64,000 nt of DNA from a virus. Shown in pieces: positions 45,476 to 56,522 of this stretch. The notes below the pieces were generated by a model. That model was not told the origin of the DNA and did not search any database. It saw only the letters and a program-made list of their open reading frames with translations. The position numbers and the translations under genes are program-made. The stretch spans positions 3,809 through 67,808 of the IMG/VR virus record IMGVR_UViG_3300029787_000024; one strand, written 5' to 3'. Positions within the stretch are counted from its first letter, which is position 1, and every line of letters starts with the position of its first letter.

Positions 45476-46804
45476 TTATTTATAACCACCTGGCCACTTA
45501 TCCATAGCGTTAGAAATAAATTTTCCTAACTCCATAAAGTTACCTGAATCTTTTAATTTTTCTATATTTTTTGAATCTTTTGTAGAAAATATCATTTCAT
45601 CTCCTTCAAACTCAACCATATTACCACTTTTTGTAAAACCAGGAATGCCACCTTTTTCATGTGATGGACCAAAAGCCCTTCCTCCTTTATCAAGTTTATG
45701 AGTATACTTTAAATGCTCTGGCCTTTTTTGTACACCACCTTTATCAAAACTAGTTTTTAAAAATTGTTTATAATCATCTGATAAATATTTACTAGAAACT
45801 CTAGCCCCTTTATCTGCAACTATACCAGAATGGCCAAGTGGAGAATATGGAGTATTTACATCTTGATTTACTATACCAGAATGACCAAATGGAGTAAAGC
45901 CCCATTTTTCTTCAGACCTTAATCTAGACAATTCATCTGCAGATGCAATGTCTTCAGTTCTTGTATTAAGTCTTTGTTGTTCTTTTAAATATAAGTCTGC
46001 TAAACTTTCGTTTACAGCCAACTTTCTAGATACTTTTCTTTTCATTAAATCAGCAGCAAGCATTGTCGGGGCTTTTATTGCCTCTAACCAACCCATAGGG
46101 TCTAATCCAGTTGCAGCAGTACCAATACCTTTTACAAATTGTAAGGCTCTACCTGCAACTTCTCCAGCACCAACAGTAGTATCATCATTATCTGATAACC
46201 ATTCTTCAGGTTTAATTGCAGATGCTAAAGCAGAAGTTCCTAATTTTTGTACATCAGTAAGTTTAGATACAGCTTCTTGACCTGGTTGTAAAAGTTGGTT
46301 TAATTTACTTTGACCTTTAAAAAGATTTTTAATACCAAATAATCCAGGGTTTTCTGCAGGAATATTTGTAAGCTCTTCTTTTACAAACTTTGGCGTCATG
46401 TCTATTGGATTAGTTGGTGTAAGTTCAGTTAAACCTTTTCGCTCTATTGGGGTTATCTGCGCAAAACGCTCTTTAGGTCTGCCAAAGGGTAAGTCAAGGT
46501 GGGTTCTTGATTGATTTATTATGCCAGAATGACCAGGTGGAGAATAAATAGTTTTACCGCTTCCTTGTAACATAGACATTAAAGTTTCTTCTTGGCCAGG
46601 ATATGCTTTTTTAAATATATCAAAGTCTCTAATAAAATCAGGGTTTTTCATAAAATCTGTACCCCCATATGCACTCATCATTCCTTGTGCTGATTCGTCT
46701 ATTTTTGAGGTCATACCTAAAGTTCTATCACCATAAGTACCTCCAGCAACATTTTCTAATTCTAAAAGTTGTTTAAGTTTTTCTTCATTTATATTTAAAG
46801 CCAT
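45476..46804 (-). CDS. Virion cargo protein
   Basis: GPSHEKGGI...EFEGDE motif, DKGG repeats, Gly/Ala hydrophobic stretch. Confidence 0.65.
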   Translation of the reverse strand: MALNINEEKLKQLLELENVAGGTYGDRTLGMTSKIDESAQGMMSAYGGTDFMKNPDFIRDFDIFKKAYPGQEETLMSMLQGSGKTIYSPPGHSGIINQSRTHLDLPFGRPKERFAQITPIERKGLTELTPTNPIDMTPKFVKEELTNIPAENPGLFGIKNLFKGQSKLNQLLQPGQEAVSKLTDVQKLGTSALASAIKPEEWLSDNDDTTVGAGEVAGRALQFVKGIGTAATGLDPMGWLEAIKAPTMLAADLMKRKVSRKLAVNESLADLYLKEQQRLNTRTEDIASADELSRLRSEEKWGFTPFGHSGIVNQDVNTPYSPLGHSGIVADKGARVSSKYLSDDYKQFLKTSFDKGGVQKRPEHLKYTHKLDKGGRAFGPSHEKGGIPGFTKSGNMVEFEGDEMIFSTKDSKNIEKLKDSGNFMELGKFISNAMDKWPGGYK

Positions 46805-46815
46805 ATTATTAAATT

Positions 46816-49800
46816 TTAAAGTCTTGAGTATCTATAAAAAGGAACAACAGAGAATATATTAAATTTTTCACTTTTAATACTTCCATATTCCAAATCTTCA
46901 TTCTCATTAATTATACCATTTTCTTTCCATCCTAAAACCATTTTAACTTTAGCATGAGTCCCCCTAACTGTATTTTCTAAATTATTTTCATTTTCTGACG
47001 TTCCTAATCTTCTCATTGGAGTATAATGCACAGCATCTTTAACTGTGTACCAAGTCTTTCTATTACTAGGTTGTAGATTATCTTGAGGAGAATATATATC
47101 TGCTCCTCTATCAAGTTCTACAATATCTCTTCTATTTCCAGCACCTTTGAATACAAATTTACGAAAATAATTATATCTACTTCCTTCATCTGTATCAGAG
47201 CTCATCATTATCTGAATTTTGTCAAATAATTTACTTTGAAAAGGTTCATCATTAAAAACCACTTCAAATTCAAAAGGCTCTTTATATGATTGAAATGGGA
47301 TAGGTTCATTATCGTCTGTTGGATAATAATACCCTTGTTCACCAACATTATCAAGCACTGTATCATAATCCCAAATATAATAATCTATTCCTCCAAAATT
47401 TAAATATCTATGAATACCTATTTCTTCAAAGTAGTCAAAATTATCATAATTGTTTTGATAACCATTTGATAAATATATAGAAGATAATGGATTTATATCT
47501 GAATCATAAGTACAATACAATCTTCCTTTAAATTTAAAATAATCAGCAGCCCTTTTAGATGAAAAAGATGTAAATGCTCCAAGTAATTCATTATATATAA
47601 TTGTTTTAGGAGCGTCACCTTCTGCTTTTAATGTTAACAAAACTTCGCTATATTCAGGGTCATGTCCAATAGATATACCACCAAGACCATCGCCTAAAGT
47701 ATTATATAGTTCATTAAATTGCTGATTATAATTTTCAGAAGCAGGCACATCATATACTCTATTAGTTAAAGGAGAATCATTAATAACTTTATTTTTATAT
47801 GTATCAAAATATGATTGCATTCCAGAAGCGTCTCCTAAAGAGTCTACACTAAAACCACCTTTTTTAGGTCTAAGTCCTAAAGATAAAAACTTACAATTAG
47901 AATCATCATAAAAATATACAGAAGAATCTGTTTCTGCTCTACCATGAAAATGTTGACTTCCATATTGTTGGCTAATATAATCATATCTTTCTAAAGCGGC
48001 ACCACTTCCTGTTGCAGCTTGTATATCTTGACCTTCTTCGGTTTTTATTAAAACTCTTGGATTAACACTTAACTTACAAACACCAGAATCTTGTAACGCA
48101 AATAAACTATCTTTTAATAAAAACATTTGTGTTATAGGTCCTTTTACATAATCTAAATCTTTAAATTGATTAATAGGAAAAACAGAATATGAATCAGAGT
48201 ATTCTCCTGTAAATTTTTGCTCTGACCAAGCAACAGTAGATGGCCATTGAAAAACTTCTCTAAAATCAGTAGGTCTAGTCATAAAAGATAATATACTTTG
48301 ACCACTATGGTAAACCTCATTATATCTATAATCATCTTCTTGAGCTCTTGGTATTTTAGCCCCAGTGCTTCCAAAAAACATTCCGTGCCTTAAATCTAAA
48401 TTAACATCTGATTCTATAGGAACCTGATAGCCTATACAAACAGCTCTATCGCTATTTCCTTGTTTAAATGTTTTTCTGTGGTCAAAAAGTCCAATAAAAG
48501 TATCTCCACCAAAAACCTTATTTCCACTATTCCCTATATCAAGCTGAGACTCTCCAAATACTTGATTTTGAAAATCACCAACTGGTGTAAAATGACCTGT
48601 AGACTGAAAAATATTTCTAGAAAAAGCTCCTGGACTATACCCACCATACATAGTGTTTAAACTTTTTACTCTAGTTATTTGAGCAACAGTTACTTCTGGA
48701 CTATAAGTAGACCTTCCCCCATTTCCTGCTATAGCTTCAGTTGCAGCTCCTATTCCTTTATGTACAGTTTCTGGATAATTATAACCCCAAATTTGCTGTC
48801 TAGTTAGAGGTAATTGAGATGCATCACCAAGCGCTATTGCTATTGTTTTTGCATTATCGTTATATACCGACCTAGACAAATAACCATTTGTGCTTTGCCC
48901 TTGAACACCATCTAAAGCTAAAGCAAAAACACTAAACGATTCAAACATTGTTAAATCTTGAAAAACATTTCCATTTATATAATTTTTTGAAGCACCCGTT
49001 AAATCAGAGAATATTTCTTCACCTGGCCCAACCACTTTAGCATATTTAATTGTTGCTTCAGGAAAATAATTTTCAATATTTCCTCCTAGAACATTTTCAT
49101 TAATGTCACTAGCTACTCCAGTTGGCGAACTATCTAAATCACCACTTTGTAATTCTGCAAACGGAAGGCCTTGAGCACGTTTAGAGCCTTCAGGTAAAAA
49201 ATAAGGAGACGCATTAGACCAATCATCTTCATTATTAAAAGTTACATTTATTAAGGGGTTTCCTTGTGGAGCGTCAAATGTTGACTTTCCTAAAGAGTAT
49301 TGAGGGTAACAAGAAATTCTTTTTGAATAATATTTAGTATAGAACCCAGCCTTAACCGTATCATTACTTAAGGCATTAGAATAAGGACCGTCATATTCAT
49401 TACCTAAAACATCTTCGTAATAATGACCATATAATTCTTGATAATTATCAGAGCCACCTTGATTTGAAAATTGATATTGCCAGGCACCAGCTTCGTATGT
49501 TTCACCAAACATATTAACAGACCCACCTGATAATAAGTCTTCTTTTATACATGCGGCAAATTGATATAAAGAACCTGCAGTACCAAAATTACCTGTAACA
49601 GTTGATTCATTAAATTCTTGAAAAACATTACCTAATCCTCCTGCACTTTCACCATGATAATATTGGTCAGACAATTCCATGTTCCAATAAATATTAGGGT
49701 TTTCAGCCCCATACTGTGAATTATTATATAGTTGTGAAACATTTTGTTTATAACAATAGGCAGACTCTACAAGTCTTAATCTATCTGAAGGAGAACTTAG

Positions 49801-52800
49801 ATATAAAAAATCTTCATTTAAAATAACATCAGGAGAATCTAAATAAAATATATTAGAAGAGCTTTCTCTAAAGCCATAATATTTTGATTTTTCCCAATCA
49901 GACTCTTCTTCATCACTAACAAAACCACCAGCACCAGCCGCAAAAGCATTATATTTTGTTTGAAGAATAGGGGTAAATAAAGGAAATGATGGATTAACAA
50001 ATCTATCTTTTCTATCTACAATCTCTGATTCTACATCACCCTCAGTATCATTAGCAATATATTCAGCCCTTCCTATTATACCAGAAGTAATAATAGTTTT
50101 ATTATCTTCTGTCCTTGGGACCCTAACTATAGAATAGCCTCCTACTTTTTTTGCAGTATCAGAAGATATTTTTACTTCAAAATAAGGGTATAAAGCACAA
50201 GCTGTTGTATCAGTAACTGAGCCTCCTACAGGAGTATTAACATATTGTTGAGACACAACTCTTTTAAATCCGTGGTCTACTCGAGTTCTAGATGTTTGAT
50301 AATAATATGGATATTTTTGATATGCCCCAGTTATACTACCTGAATCATCATATTTAGCGGCTATATATTCTGTACTATGTTCTGGCATTCTTATATCGCC
50401 TATTCTTTTTACAAATAAAGGTGAACCTTTTTTATCGTAAAATAATAATCCAAATCTATAAATTTCACCTCTTCTATATCCTACATAATTAGAATTATAA
50501 ACTGGGTTTGAATAATTTTTATAAAAATTGCCATAATCCTGTACATTATCAAAAGGAGGTTCACAACTTATGCCATCTAAATTTCGTATTAATTGCGATT
50601 GACTATCTATAGTTGGCATGTTTTCATCGTCCAAAATTTTAAAAGTAACTCTAACTCCTTCTTCTTCTCCCGTTTGAGGATTAACTTCATCAAAATATTT
50701 ACTTTGAGCGCCAAAAATACCTCTTGCGGAATTATTAGGAGTAGATTCATTTTCAGCATACAAAGCACAAAACCAGTAAGCTGAAGCGTCATCACCTGGA
50801 GTACCAGGACCTTTTATATATTTATAATGTGAGTATGGATTATAATCTGTTACATATGTACGGCTTTGACCCTGATATTCAGTTGGTGTCATAACAGAGT
50901 TTGTTCCATAATCTATACCAGCTCTAGAATACATTAAGTCATGATATAAATTTGGATTTCCATCCTCGTAACTGTGTGGCTCGTTTTTATAATTATAAGA
51001 AGCCACTGTAAAATCAGTATTAATTTTTATAGCTTCATTATTTAAGTTACCACAAAATAATCTATTATCTTTTGTTTCTAAAGCCTTACAAGTATCCCAA
51101 TTAATTTGATTAACATTAAAATCTACTATACTTATTTCTTCTAAAGTACTTTCTGTTCCTGTATGAATAAAGTCTATTGTATTTTGTCCATCAATAACTT
51201 CTGGTATTACATATTCATTAAAAACTATTGGAGAGCCAGCTGGTGTATCTGCGTCCATATATGGAACAGCAATCATTTGTATTTTGCTAAATCTAGTATC
51301 AAGATTTGAAACAATACCTTTTATAGATTTACCAGTATTATTTCCAGGCTCATTTCCCTGAGTGTAAGCAGATGGCTCTGAAGAGCCTGTTGCTGGAACA
51401 CTCGCTGGGTTTGATAGGGGGGATATTTGAGAAACCCTACCATCTACAGTTTTATATCTGTAACAATAAGAAAAAGATATAGAATCTAAAGAACCGCCAT
51501 CTTTAAATCCAGTAACTTTTGGAACATTAAATATAGCTGGGCTAAATAAATTAAAATATTCTGGAACATTTACCCAAGGATAATATACCTCAGGCTCTAA
51601 TCCAACATTCATACTTCTTAAAGGAAATTCTGTATCAGTAAAATATATTCTTCTTGTAATTTCATTTTCTTCAGAACCTACAACTTTTAATTTCTTTTTA
51701 GGTGAAAATCCTAAATTACCAGCAAAGTAAACTGTATAACTAGAAGCTCCAACTACATCTTGACCTATTATATTTAAAACGGGGTCTGGAACAATTGCAT
51801 CTGAACCAGAAAGTTGTCCATCAGCTTGTTGATATACTTTTAAAACTAAATCTGGAGTTCCAGTAAGAATTGATAAAGCTGGCCAATGTGCTAATAAAAT
51901 TAAATAATCAGAAAATCCATATGTTCCTAAAATTTGAAGCCCCCAATTTTCAGGAGTTAAACCTGATTCTAAAATATTTTCATAATTATTTAGTAAAGAA
52001 TCTTGAATAAAAAAATTTAATTCTTGAAAATTAACAACAGATGGAGAGATATTTATTACACTTCCACCAAAAGTGTCTGAATTATTAGATAAATAATTAG
52101 AAACATTTGCCGTTATAATATTTATAATATTACTATATGCCCCACCTAAAGCAACTTCTTCAGATATTCCAAATCCTGCTAAAAAATCTACTACAATATC
52201 TGTCACCCATTGATTTACATCTCCATATTGAACGCTACCGTTACCAGTTATATTAACATTAAAGCTTGTTACATAATCATCTGGATTAGCATTATTAACA
52301 AATGACCAAGTTACTTCATCTGTATCTGTTCCAAATACATAGTCGTCTAAATTAGATTGATGATAAATAAATGCTGTTATAGGAATAGAGTCATTTGAGT
52401 TAATAGCATTTGCAACAATAAGGTCTACATCAGGAAAAGTATTTATATAGTCACCACTAAGCATAGAGTCAGTTAATGATGTTTCTATTGTATATTCATT
52501 TCCATTATTAGTTATTATAGTAATATTTGCCTGTAAAAAATATCCTTGTAGATTATTCTCTCCATCACCAAAAGAAATAGATTCAGCAGGGATTGTTTGA
52601 CCATTAAGAATACCTGGATAAGGGTCATCTGGCCCAAATGTATATCCACTTACTCCCCATGAACCTTGATTAGATAAAGCGGGCACATCAACTTGAAAAG
52701 ACATTTCACTTTGAAAGTCTATAGCCTTTCTATCACTGGGATAAGGCTGTATACTTACATTGTCTCCATCAAAACTAGTTAACCTTGCATTTTTAGCATA

Positions 52801-52887
52801 TCTATATGTTTGCTTTGGCTGAAGAGATTCTTCTGCATCAGCATTCATTCCTTTTACAAAACTATTTGGTTTTCCTGGTTTCGCCAT
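46816..52887 (-). CDS. Tail stabilisation / muzzle protein
   Basis: NSFVKGMNAD start, KDNRLFCGN, YRRGEIYRFG, YNELLGAFTSF; crAss gene order. Confidence 0.8.
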   Translation of the reverse strand: MAKPGKPNSFVKGMNADAEESLQPKQTYRYAKNARLTSFDGDNVSIQPYPSDRKAIDFQSEMSFQVDVPALSNQGSWGVSGYTFGPDDPYPGILNGQTIPAESISFGDGENNLQGYFLQANITIITNNGNEYTIETSLTDSMLSGDYINTFPDVDLIVANAINSNDSIPITAFIYHQSNLDDYVFGTDTDEVTWSFVNNANPDDYVTSFNVNITGNGSVQYGDVNQWVTDIVVDFLAGFGISEEVALGGAYSNIINIITANVSNYLSNNSDTFGGSVINISPSVVNFQELNFFIQDSLLNNYENILESGLTPENWGLQILGTYGFSDYLILLAHWPALSILTGTPDLVLKVYQQADGQLSGSDAIVPDPVLNIIGQDVVGASSYTVYFAGNLGFSPKKKLKVVGSEENEITRRIYFTDTEFPLRSMNVGLEPEVYYPWVNVPEYFNLFSPAIFNVPKVTGFKDGGSLDSISFSYCYRYKTVDGRVSQISPLSNPASVPATGSSEPSAYTQGNEPGNNTGKSIKGIVSNLDTRFSKIQMIAVPYMDADTPAGSPIVFNEYVIPEVIDGQNTIDFIHTGTESTLEEISIVDFNVNQINWDTCKALETKDNRLFCGNLNNEAIKINTDFTVASYNYKNEPHSYEDGNPNLYHDLMYSRAGIDYGTNSVMTPTEYQGQSRTYVTDYNPYSHYKYIKGPGTPGDDASAYWFCALYAENESTPNNSARGIFGAQSKYFDEVNPQTGEEEGVRVTFKILDDENMPTIDSQSQLIRNLDGISCEPPFDNVQDYGNFYKNYSNPVYNSNYVGYRRGEIYRFGLLFYDKKGSPLFVKRIGDIRMPEHSTEYIAAKYDDSGSITGAYQKYPYYYQTSRTRVDHGFKRVVSQQYVNTPVGGSVTDTTACALYPYFEVKISSDTAKKVGGYSIVRVPRTEDNKTIITSGIIGRAEYIANDTEGDVESEIVDRKDRFVNPSFPLFTPILQTKYNAFAAGAGGFVSDEEESDWEKSKYYGFRESSSNIFYLDSPDVILNEDFLYLSSPSDRLRLVESAYCYKQNVSQLYNNSQYGAENPNIYWNMELSDQYYHGESAGGLGNVFQEFNESTVTGNFGTAGSLYQFAACIKEDLLSGGSVNMFGETYEAGAWQYQFSNQGGSDNYQELYGHYYEDVLGNEYDGPYSNALSNDTVKAGFYTKYYSKRISCYPQYSLGKSTFDAPQGNPLINVTFNNEDDWSNASPYFLPEGSKRAQGLPFAELQSGDLDSSPTGVASDINENVLGGNIENYFPEATIKYAKVVGPGEEIFSDLTGASKNYINGNVFQDLTMFESFSVFALALDGVQGQSTNGYLSRSVYNDNAKTIAIALGDASQLPLTRQQIWGYNYPETVHKGIGAATEAIAGNGGRSTYSPEVTVAQITRVKSLNTMYGGYSPGAFSRNIFQSTGHFTPVGDFQNQVFGESQLDIGNSGNKVFGGDTFIGLFDHRKTFKQGNSDRAVCIGYQVPIESDVNLDLRHGMFFGSTGAKIPRAQEDDYRYNEVYHSGQSILSFMTRPTDFREVFQWPSTVAWSEQKFTGEYSDSYSVFPINQFKDLDYVKGPITQMFLLKDSLFALQDSGVCKLSVNPRVLIKTEEGQDIQAATGSGAALERYDYISQQYGSQHFHGRAETDSSVYFYDDSNCKFLSLGLRPKKGGFSVDSLGDASGMQSYFDTYKNKVINDSPLTNRVYDVPASENYNQQFNELYNTLGDGLGGISIGHDPEYSEVLLTLKAEGDAPKTIIYNELLGAFTSFSSKRAADYFKFKGRLYCTYDSDINPLSSIYLSNGYQNNYDNFDYFEEIGIHRYLNFGGIDYYIWDYDTVLDNVGEQGYYYPTDDNEPIPFQSYKEPFEFEVVFNDEPFQSKLFDKIQIMMSSDTDEGSRYNYFRKFVFKGAGNRRDIVELDRGADIYSPQDNLQPSNRKTWYTVKDAVHYTPMRRLGTSENENNLENTVRGTHAKVKMVLGWKENGIINENEDLEYGSIKSEKFNIFSVVPFYRYSRL

Positions 52888-53546
52888 TATACATTAAGTA
52901 ATCCGTTAGAACTTTTAATTGGCACAAGAGTATTCCATATTTGAGCCGCTTTTTTCATTTCTATTGGCGTAGGCATATTATCATTACCTCTCGCTTGAGC
53001 GCATAACCTAGACCAATTTTGATATAAATCCATATAAATATGTCTTTGAAGTTTTCCGTTCCAATAATCTCTAGATTTATATTTATACATTAAATAAGCT
53101 GATACAGCGTCTTCATGGTTATCTGCTATAGTAGGATATCCCTCATCATCTGTATCTACTGCATAATAAGAAATATCAATAGAACTTATATCGCTAGTAG
53201 ATAAATTAATAGTGTTTTCTGTAAAATAAAATGTATGTGTTTTATCTATATCTCCAGGAAAACTTGCAGAACTTTGTTCTAGGTAATTAGCGGAAGTGCC
53301 ATCTCCTGCTTTCTTCATATCTATTAAACTTAAAAAATCATCAGGTAATGCAGCCTGTTTATTAGCAACAGTTAATGTTTCTGTTTTTTTCACAAATGTT
53401 TTATAGCTACCTATTTTTCTTTCTGCTTCAAAAGCCCATTCTATAAAACTATTAAAGTTTCTAGATGCATCAGAAATATCCATATTTCTAATAACATTTG
53501 CTACAACTCGTTTAACGCTAACACGTCTTCCAGCTTGTCCATTCAT
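52887..53546 (-). CDS. Tail tubular / ring protein
   Basis: IEWAFEA, LPDDF, TDDEGYP; precedes muzzle gene. Confidence 0.75.
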   Translation of the reverse strand: MNGQAGRRVSVKRVVANVIRNMDISDASRNFNSFIEWAFEAERKIGSYKTFVKKTETLTVANKQAALPDDFLSLIDMKKAGDGTSANYLEQSSASFPGDIDKTHTFYFTENTINLSTSDISSIDISYYAVDTDDEGYPTIADNHEDAVSAYLMYKYKSRDYWNGKLQRHIYMDLYQNWSRLCAQARGNDNMPTPIEMKKAAQIWNTLVPIKSSNGLLNV

Positions 53547-53547
53547 A

Positions 53548-53973
53548 TTAATATTCTCTTATTTCTTTAATAACATTTTTAAATCTAGACAAAGGAAGTA
53601 TTTTACACTTTTTAAATTTACCTGGTCTTAACCAAACTAATTTATTATAATAGTCATTAAGAATCGGAACTTTATATTTTACTATCTCTCCTCTTTTTTC
53701 GCTTTCTGCAATATCAAGTCTAATATGAAATGCTCTTTTATTTTTGCACTTCTTAACATATACAGTTCCAAACCTATTAGGTAGTCTAGCCTTATTTCTA
53801 CTTCTAGCTACCTCGTCTATTAATGTGTCAAAAAACTCACTTACAATTCCCCTATACTCAGTATAAGAAAGTTGTCTATCTTTTTTTACACCCTTTACTT
53901 TTATGCTTTTTCTTATGCTCTTAAATACATCTTTTAAAAGAACGTATTTATCTTTGTATTTTCTTAGCTCCAT
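53548..53973 (-). CDS. crAss-type IHF-like protein of the structural module
   Basis: Basic; RLPNRFGTVYVKK; likely start MELRK at 53973. Confidence 0.65.
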   Translation of the reverse strand: MELRKYKDKYVLLKDVFKSIRKSIKVKGVKKDRQLSYTEYRGIVSEFFDTLIDEVARSRNKARLPNRFGTVYVKKCKNKRAFHIRLDIAESEKRGEIVKYKVPILNDYYNKLVWLRPGKFKKCKILPLSRFKNVIKEIREY

Positions 53974-53974
53974 A

Positions 53975-54712
53975 TTATCTTGCCCTAGACCTTCTTGACC
54001 TAGCTTTAGCCGAAGGTTGAGTAACAGGTCTTTGTCTTTGTTTAGTAGATACAGCAGGCCCTTGCATGTTGTCATCTACACTATTATTAAAATAATCTTT
54101 TCCTATAGCCAACATCATATTAAACTCTTTAGATAAAACAGTTTCTATTAAAGGAGCTACTAATTCATCTGGAATAGGATAAGGATTTGTTTCATTTGGC
54201 TGTGAGGCTATATACTCTAAAGCAAAATTATTCCAACTACTATCTAAAGGAATTCCATCACCTTCCCAAAAACATAATCTATTTGCTTGTTGAAATCTTT
54301 CAATAGTAGCAAAAGGACTATTTTCATTATAAGTAAATCTAGATGCACTCATAAATGATTTGTCTTGTTTCATGTGAATAGGCAATAACTTTGTCTCATT
54401 ATCCGACATTACAGATAAAGAAACTAAAGCTCTATTGTTTGGAAAGCCAAGATAATCAGGAAGAAATCCATATGTAACAACACCTGTTTCTGATATTAAA
54501 CCACTAGCTGTAGTGCTAGTAATATTCATTTTAACAAGACTAAGTATTTGTCTTGAAATATATCTACCGCTATCTGTATATTTAAATAATAGTTGAGCTC
54601 TATGATAATGCACCATAGATTCTATTTGTCTTGTAGATATATTAGAATCCTCTGTAGTAACACCACCCTCTAATATGTTTTTAATATTATATACTATTTC
54701 GTTTAATGTCAT
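53975..54712 (-). CDS. Ring/neck protein
   Basis: MTLNEIVYNI...YHRAQL; YPIP; gene order. Confidence 0.7.
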   Translation of the reverse strand: MTLNEIVYNIKNILEGGVTTEDSNISTRQIESMVHYHRAQLLFKYTDSGRYISRQILSLVKMNITSTTASGLISETGVVTYGFLPDYLGFPNNRALVSLSVMSDNETKLLPIHMKQDKSFMSASRFTYNENSPFATIERFQQANRLCFWEGDGIPLDSSWNNFALEYIASQPNETNPYPIPDELVAPLIETVLSKEFNMMLAIGKDYFNNSVDDNMQGPAVSTKQRQRPVTQPSAKARSRRSRAR

Positions 54713-54728
54713 ATTTTTTATTTTTTCT

Positions 54729-54788
54729 TGCTTTAGATAAGGAGCAGGGCGAACACTAACTCCTTATCACAAAGCAGGGAGCAAAAAA
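54729..54788 (-). other. Intergenic hairpin without a U-tract in the late operon
   Basis: TGCTTTAGATAAGGAG / CTCCTTATCACAAAGCA. Confidence 0.6.
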
Positions 54789-55649
54789 TTATTTATTATC
54801 CAACTGCTTTATCTCATTATCCCCCATCATATATCTTTCATCAGCAGTTGTTCCAAGTATTTTTCTAGCAGCAATTTGACAAACTTCTTCTATACTATGT
54901 TTTGGTAAAAAATCAACAACCTTATTTACATCATAATCATCTAAAACATATTCAAACACAATAAGCTTTATAGAACCATCACTATGAAATGGATATATAT
55001 CATAATGAGGCGTTATATAATAAGCGTTACCAACTTTAACAGCCCTAACGTTATCTTCATCAGGTGAGTTAAAAGGGTCGCTTGCAGCAACTTGTAAATC
55101 ATCTAAACTTATAATTTTACAATCTTGATAATCAACTCTATTAATAACTTCATCAGTGGTGTCATAATCCACAGTAACTAAATTAACTCTTATAATATAA
55201 GAAGAGTTTATTTCTCCCCCATAATTATATTCCTGATTATTGTTATTATATATAAAATCTGGCTGCTTTACAACGCAAGCAATAGGGCTAATAGGCCCTA
55301 TATTTTCGCTAATATTATAAACGTTAGTACCACTATCTGTTTCAGCATTTTGATTTATCCACAATAAAGGTGAGCCATTATAGTTATATTCAGATATACC
55401 AATTGTACCACTAACAGGTTGTATAGAAGGGTTTACTTTAGTAAAACACATAGTTTGAACAAAGTCTCCCAAATCGTCTCTTATCTTTTGTGTTGCACCA
55501 AATTTATCTACTCTTTCCTGAATAAACTCATTAGCAGCCATTGATATAAAGTCATTTATTTCAGCATCGGACATCCAAGGTGAATTTCCTCTATCTAAAA
55601 TAGTTCTAACTCTATTTATAGCATCTGCAACATTTAAGATATTAGCCAT
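54789..55649 (-). CDS. Ring/neck protein
   Basis: EINDFISMA, DPFNSP, LP.H..EEVCQIA; gene order. Confidence 0.7.
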   Translation of the reverse strand: MANILNVADAINRVRTILDRGNSPWMSDAEINDFISMAANEFIQERVDKFGATQKIRDDLGDFVQTMCFTKVNPSIQPVSGTIGISEYNYNGSPLLWINQNAETDSGTNVYNISENIGPISPIACVVKQPDFIYNNNNQEYNYGGEINSSYIIRVNLVTVDYDTTDEVINRVDYQDCKIISLDDLQVAASDPFNSPDEDNVRAVKVGNAYYITPHYDIYPFHSDGSIKLIVFEYVLDDYDVNKVVDFLPKHSIEEVCQIAARKILGTTADERYMMGDNEIKQLDNK

Positions 55650-55652
55650 TTA

Positions 55653-56366
55653 CTACTTTTTTTTACTTGTTTTTTTTGTTGTAGCTTCCTCCTTTTGCTC
55701 AACTAAATCCATTTCTACTTTACCTCCACCATTCATTTGTGATTTTAATAAAGCATAAATATCCTTGTTGTCTTTTAACCATTTAATTACTTGGTCTTCA
55801 GAAACACCTACAACTTGTGTGCCATACTTGAACACATCTTTTTCCCATTTAATAACACCACCTTCTTGTGCTTCCATAACAAACAATCTATAATGTCTGT
55901 CATCATCAAACCATAATGCCATAAAGTTTTCTGGTTGTTCAGCAGCTATCTTTAAAACATGTGCTTTTAAGATATCATCTCTAGAATCTAAGTTTAAACC
56001 TAATAATCTAGATAAATCTCTTACTTCTTTCATGTTTAATTTAGCAGCTTCCATTACAGCATTAGCAGAAGTCATAATTGCATTAGCTTCTTGCTCTTGT
56101 CTAACAATAGCATCATCTCTTAACCAAGAACCATTTTTAACTAAAGGATGAGTAATTAAAAAATCATCAACTAATTTATGGTGTTCTAAATTAATATTTA
56201 ACCTTATTACAGGTTGAGTATTTGGAAAACCTCTGTGGGCAACACCATTTACATCTGTATATGTATGTTGTTTACCAGTTTGGTCTTTATAGTTTCCAAA
56301 GAAAACATAACTCATTTTTGTAGGGCTTTTACTTCTGTAAAAAACCAAATGTTCATTTTTGCTCAT
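55653..56366 (-). CDS. Conserved-position protein downstream of MCP
   Basis: ORF track; crAss-like synteny. Confidence 0.7.
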   Translation of the reverse strand: MSKNEHLVFYRSKSPTKMSYVFFGNYKDQTGKQHTYTDVNGVAHRGFPNTQPVIRLNINLEHHKLVDDFLITHPLVKNGSWLRDDAIVRQEQEANAIMTSANAVMEAAKLNMKEVRDLSRLLGLNLDSRDDILKAHVLKIAAEQPENFMALWFDDDRHYRLFVMEAQEGGVIKWEKDVFKYGTQVVGVSEDQVIKWLKDNKDIYALLKSQMNGGGKVEMDLVEQKEEATTKKTSKKK

Positions 56367-56369
56367 AAT

Positions 56370-56522
56370 TTATTTTTTTAATTTTTGTCCATGTTTACTA
56401 GTCCATTTTAAACCTGGCCCGCTTTTTTTTATTAATATATTACTCCCACCTTTTGGTGTAGACTCAGAGTATTCTTCTACTTTCCCAGTAGACGGGTTAT
56501 ATTTTAATATTAGTTTAGCCAT
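56370..56522 (-). CDS. Small basic protein (50 aa, not in ORF track)
   Basis: MAKLILKYNPSTGKVEEY...; TAATG coupling to upstream gene. Confidence 0.65.
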   Translation of the reverse strand: MAKLILKYNPSTGKVEEYSESTPKGGSNILIKKSGPGLKWTSKHGQKLKK

